DNA from: Octopus bimaculoides
Lineage: Eukaryota
NCBI RefSeq assembly: GCF_001194135.2
Contig: NC_068994.1
Span: 58,019,651-58,083,650 of the forward strand
Direction: 5' to 3'
DNA length: 64,000 bases
The notes under the pieces are model-generated. The model was not told the DNA's origin. It made no database searches and was given only the letters and a program-made list of their open reading frames with translations. Of the stretch, positions 63,041 to 64,000 are shown piece by piece. Position numbers and translations under genes: made by a program. Position 1 is the stretch's first letter; every line of letters starts with the position of its first letter.

Positions 63041-64000
63041 TCATATCTTACGTAAAGTATGAAGAGGAGGGGAATGTTGAGATATGGAAATCTGAGAGAG
63101 AGAATAAATAGACTTTCACAGCAATTTGTATTTGGGGTGAGAGGAGAAATAAAATTTCAGAGGTGTCCTTGTCTAGCCACTAACTTGATTCGGGTCCATG
63201 TGTTGAAACTAAATCAGTTGGAAGACACACATATCAGCCATCCAGTAATACACACAATGACTATTAACTTCACACAGACACAATGGAATCATGTCAGTGA
63301 CCAGGTTGCAGTTGGTGTGATGAAAATGTTGAGACCAAACAATAAATGTTGAAGTGAAGATAACAAGTCTTCTGTGTGGTTTTGAATGGTTAACATGAAT
63401 CTTTCGTAAAGAAATTAAAAGTAAATTGTAATCATTTTTATTCATCATCATCAGTTAACGTCCGCTTTCCATGCTAGCATGGGTCATTTTTGGAAAATTA
63501 AGTTGAAATTTTAAGACTTTTTAAAAAATTTGTTTCTTGGGGGTCAAGGTATAGTGTCAGTTTTAATGATATCACAGTTTTGTTATTTTAATAATAATCT
63601 TAATTATGATTTCTCTACATGGTTCCAAAGGGAACTTCTTGACCATTCCTACAACGCACATGTATATGTGGACACACACATAACTAAATACATATAAATA
63701 CATATATATACATTTATATACCCATAAAACACACACCAAATCAACTAAAATACAATACCAAAAAACAGGTATTGTTCAAAAACAAAACAAAAATTTCAAC
63801 TTTCTTTGTTACAAAAACATTTTGTTTCGTGTTTCAGTCCCAGTTATACAGACAAATACTGACTTGAACCGGGGTCATTATATTACCATATCAAACACCA
63901 CCACTACTACCCACCATAGATTAAGGCACAAAAAACATATATATTTACAGGGAACAGTCAAGTCGACTGAACTAATCCCAGTTAATCACTGGTATATGTG

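Noticed and set aside
59900-64000. 5' exons or promoter of the RIMBP-like gene, or a third gene
   Set aside because: No ORF with homology or convincing exon chain; the A-rich plus strand could be intron or UTR of a minus-strand transcript, but this cannot be supported from sequence.

Overview
AT-rich, microsatellite-dense draft eukaryotic scaffold with 12 N-gaps. The SINE/RTE content is of the type I associate with octopus genomes (inference from repeat style, not verified). Two convergent intron-rich genes can be assembled from sequence. (1) The last four coding exons of an attractin (ATRN/ATRNL1/distracted family) gene lie on the + strand at 13258-19126. (2) A minus-strand RIMS-binding-protein-like gene (coiled coil - SH3 - FN3 - SH3) has exons between 55354 and 48202; its 5' end and possibly its last exon were not found. 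The rest is mostly interspersed repeats: several tRNA-derived SINE families, RTE-clade LINE fragments, and mariner, piggyBac-like, hAT-like and Helentron-like non-autonomous elements. The most unusual item is an element in an attractin intron (about 14037-14329). It has two head-to-head tRNA-like Pol III promoters forming a palindrome, followed on the minus strand by a minimal type-I hammerhead-ribozyme motif and a second, degenerate one. A related hammerhead motif sits at about 54418-54460. Both better-preserved motifs carry a G12->A core change, so these copies are probably inactive. The same intron holds further long fold-backs. Nearly all ORF-track entries are microsatellite, N-gap or repeat artefacts.
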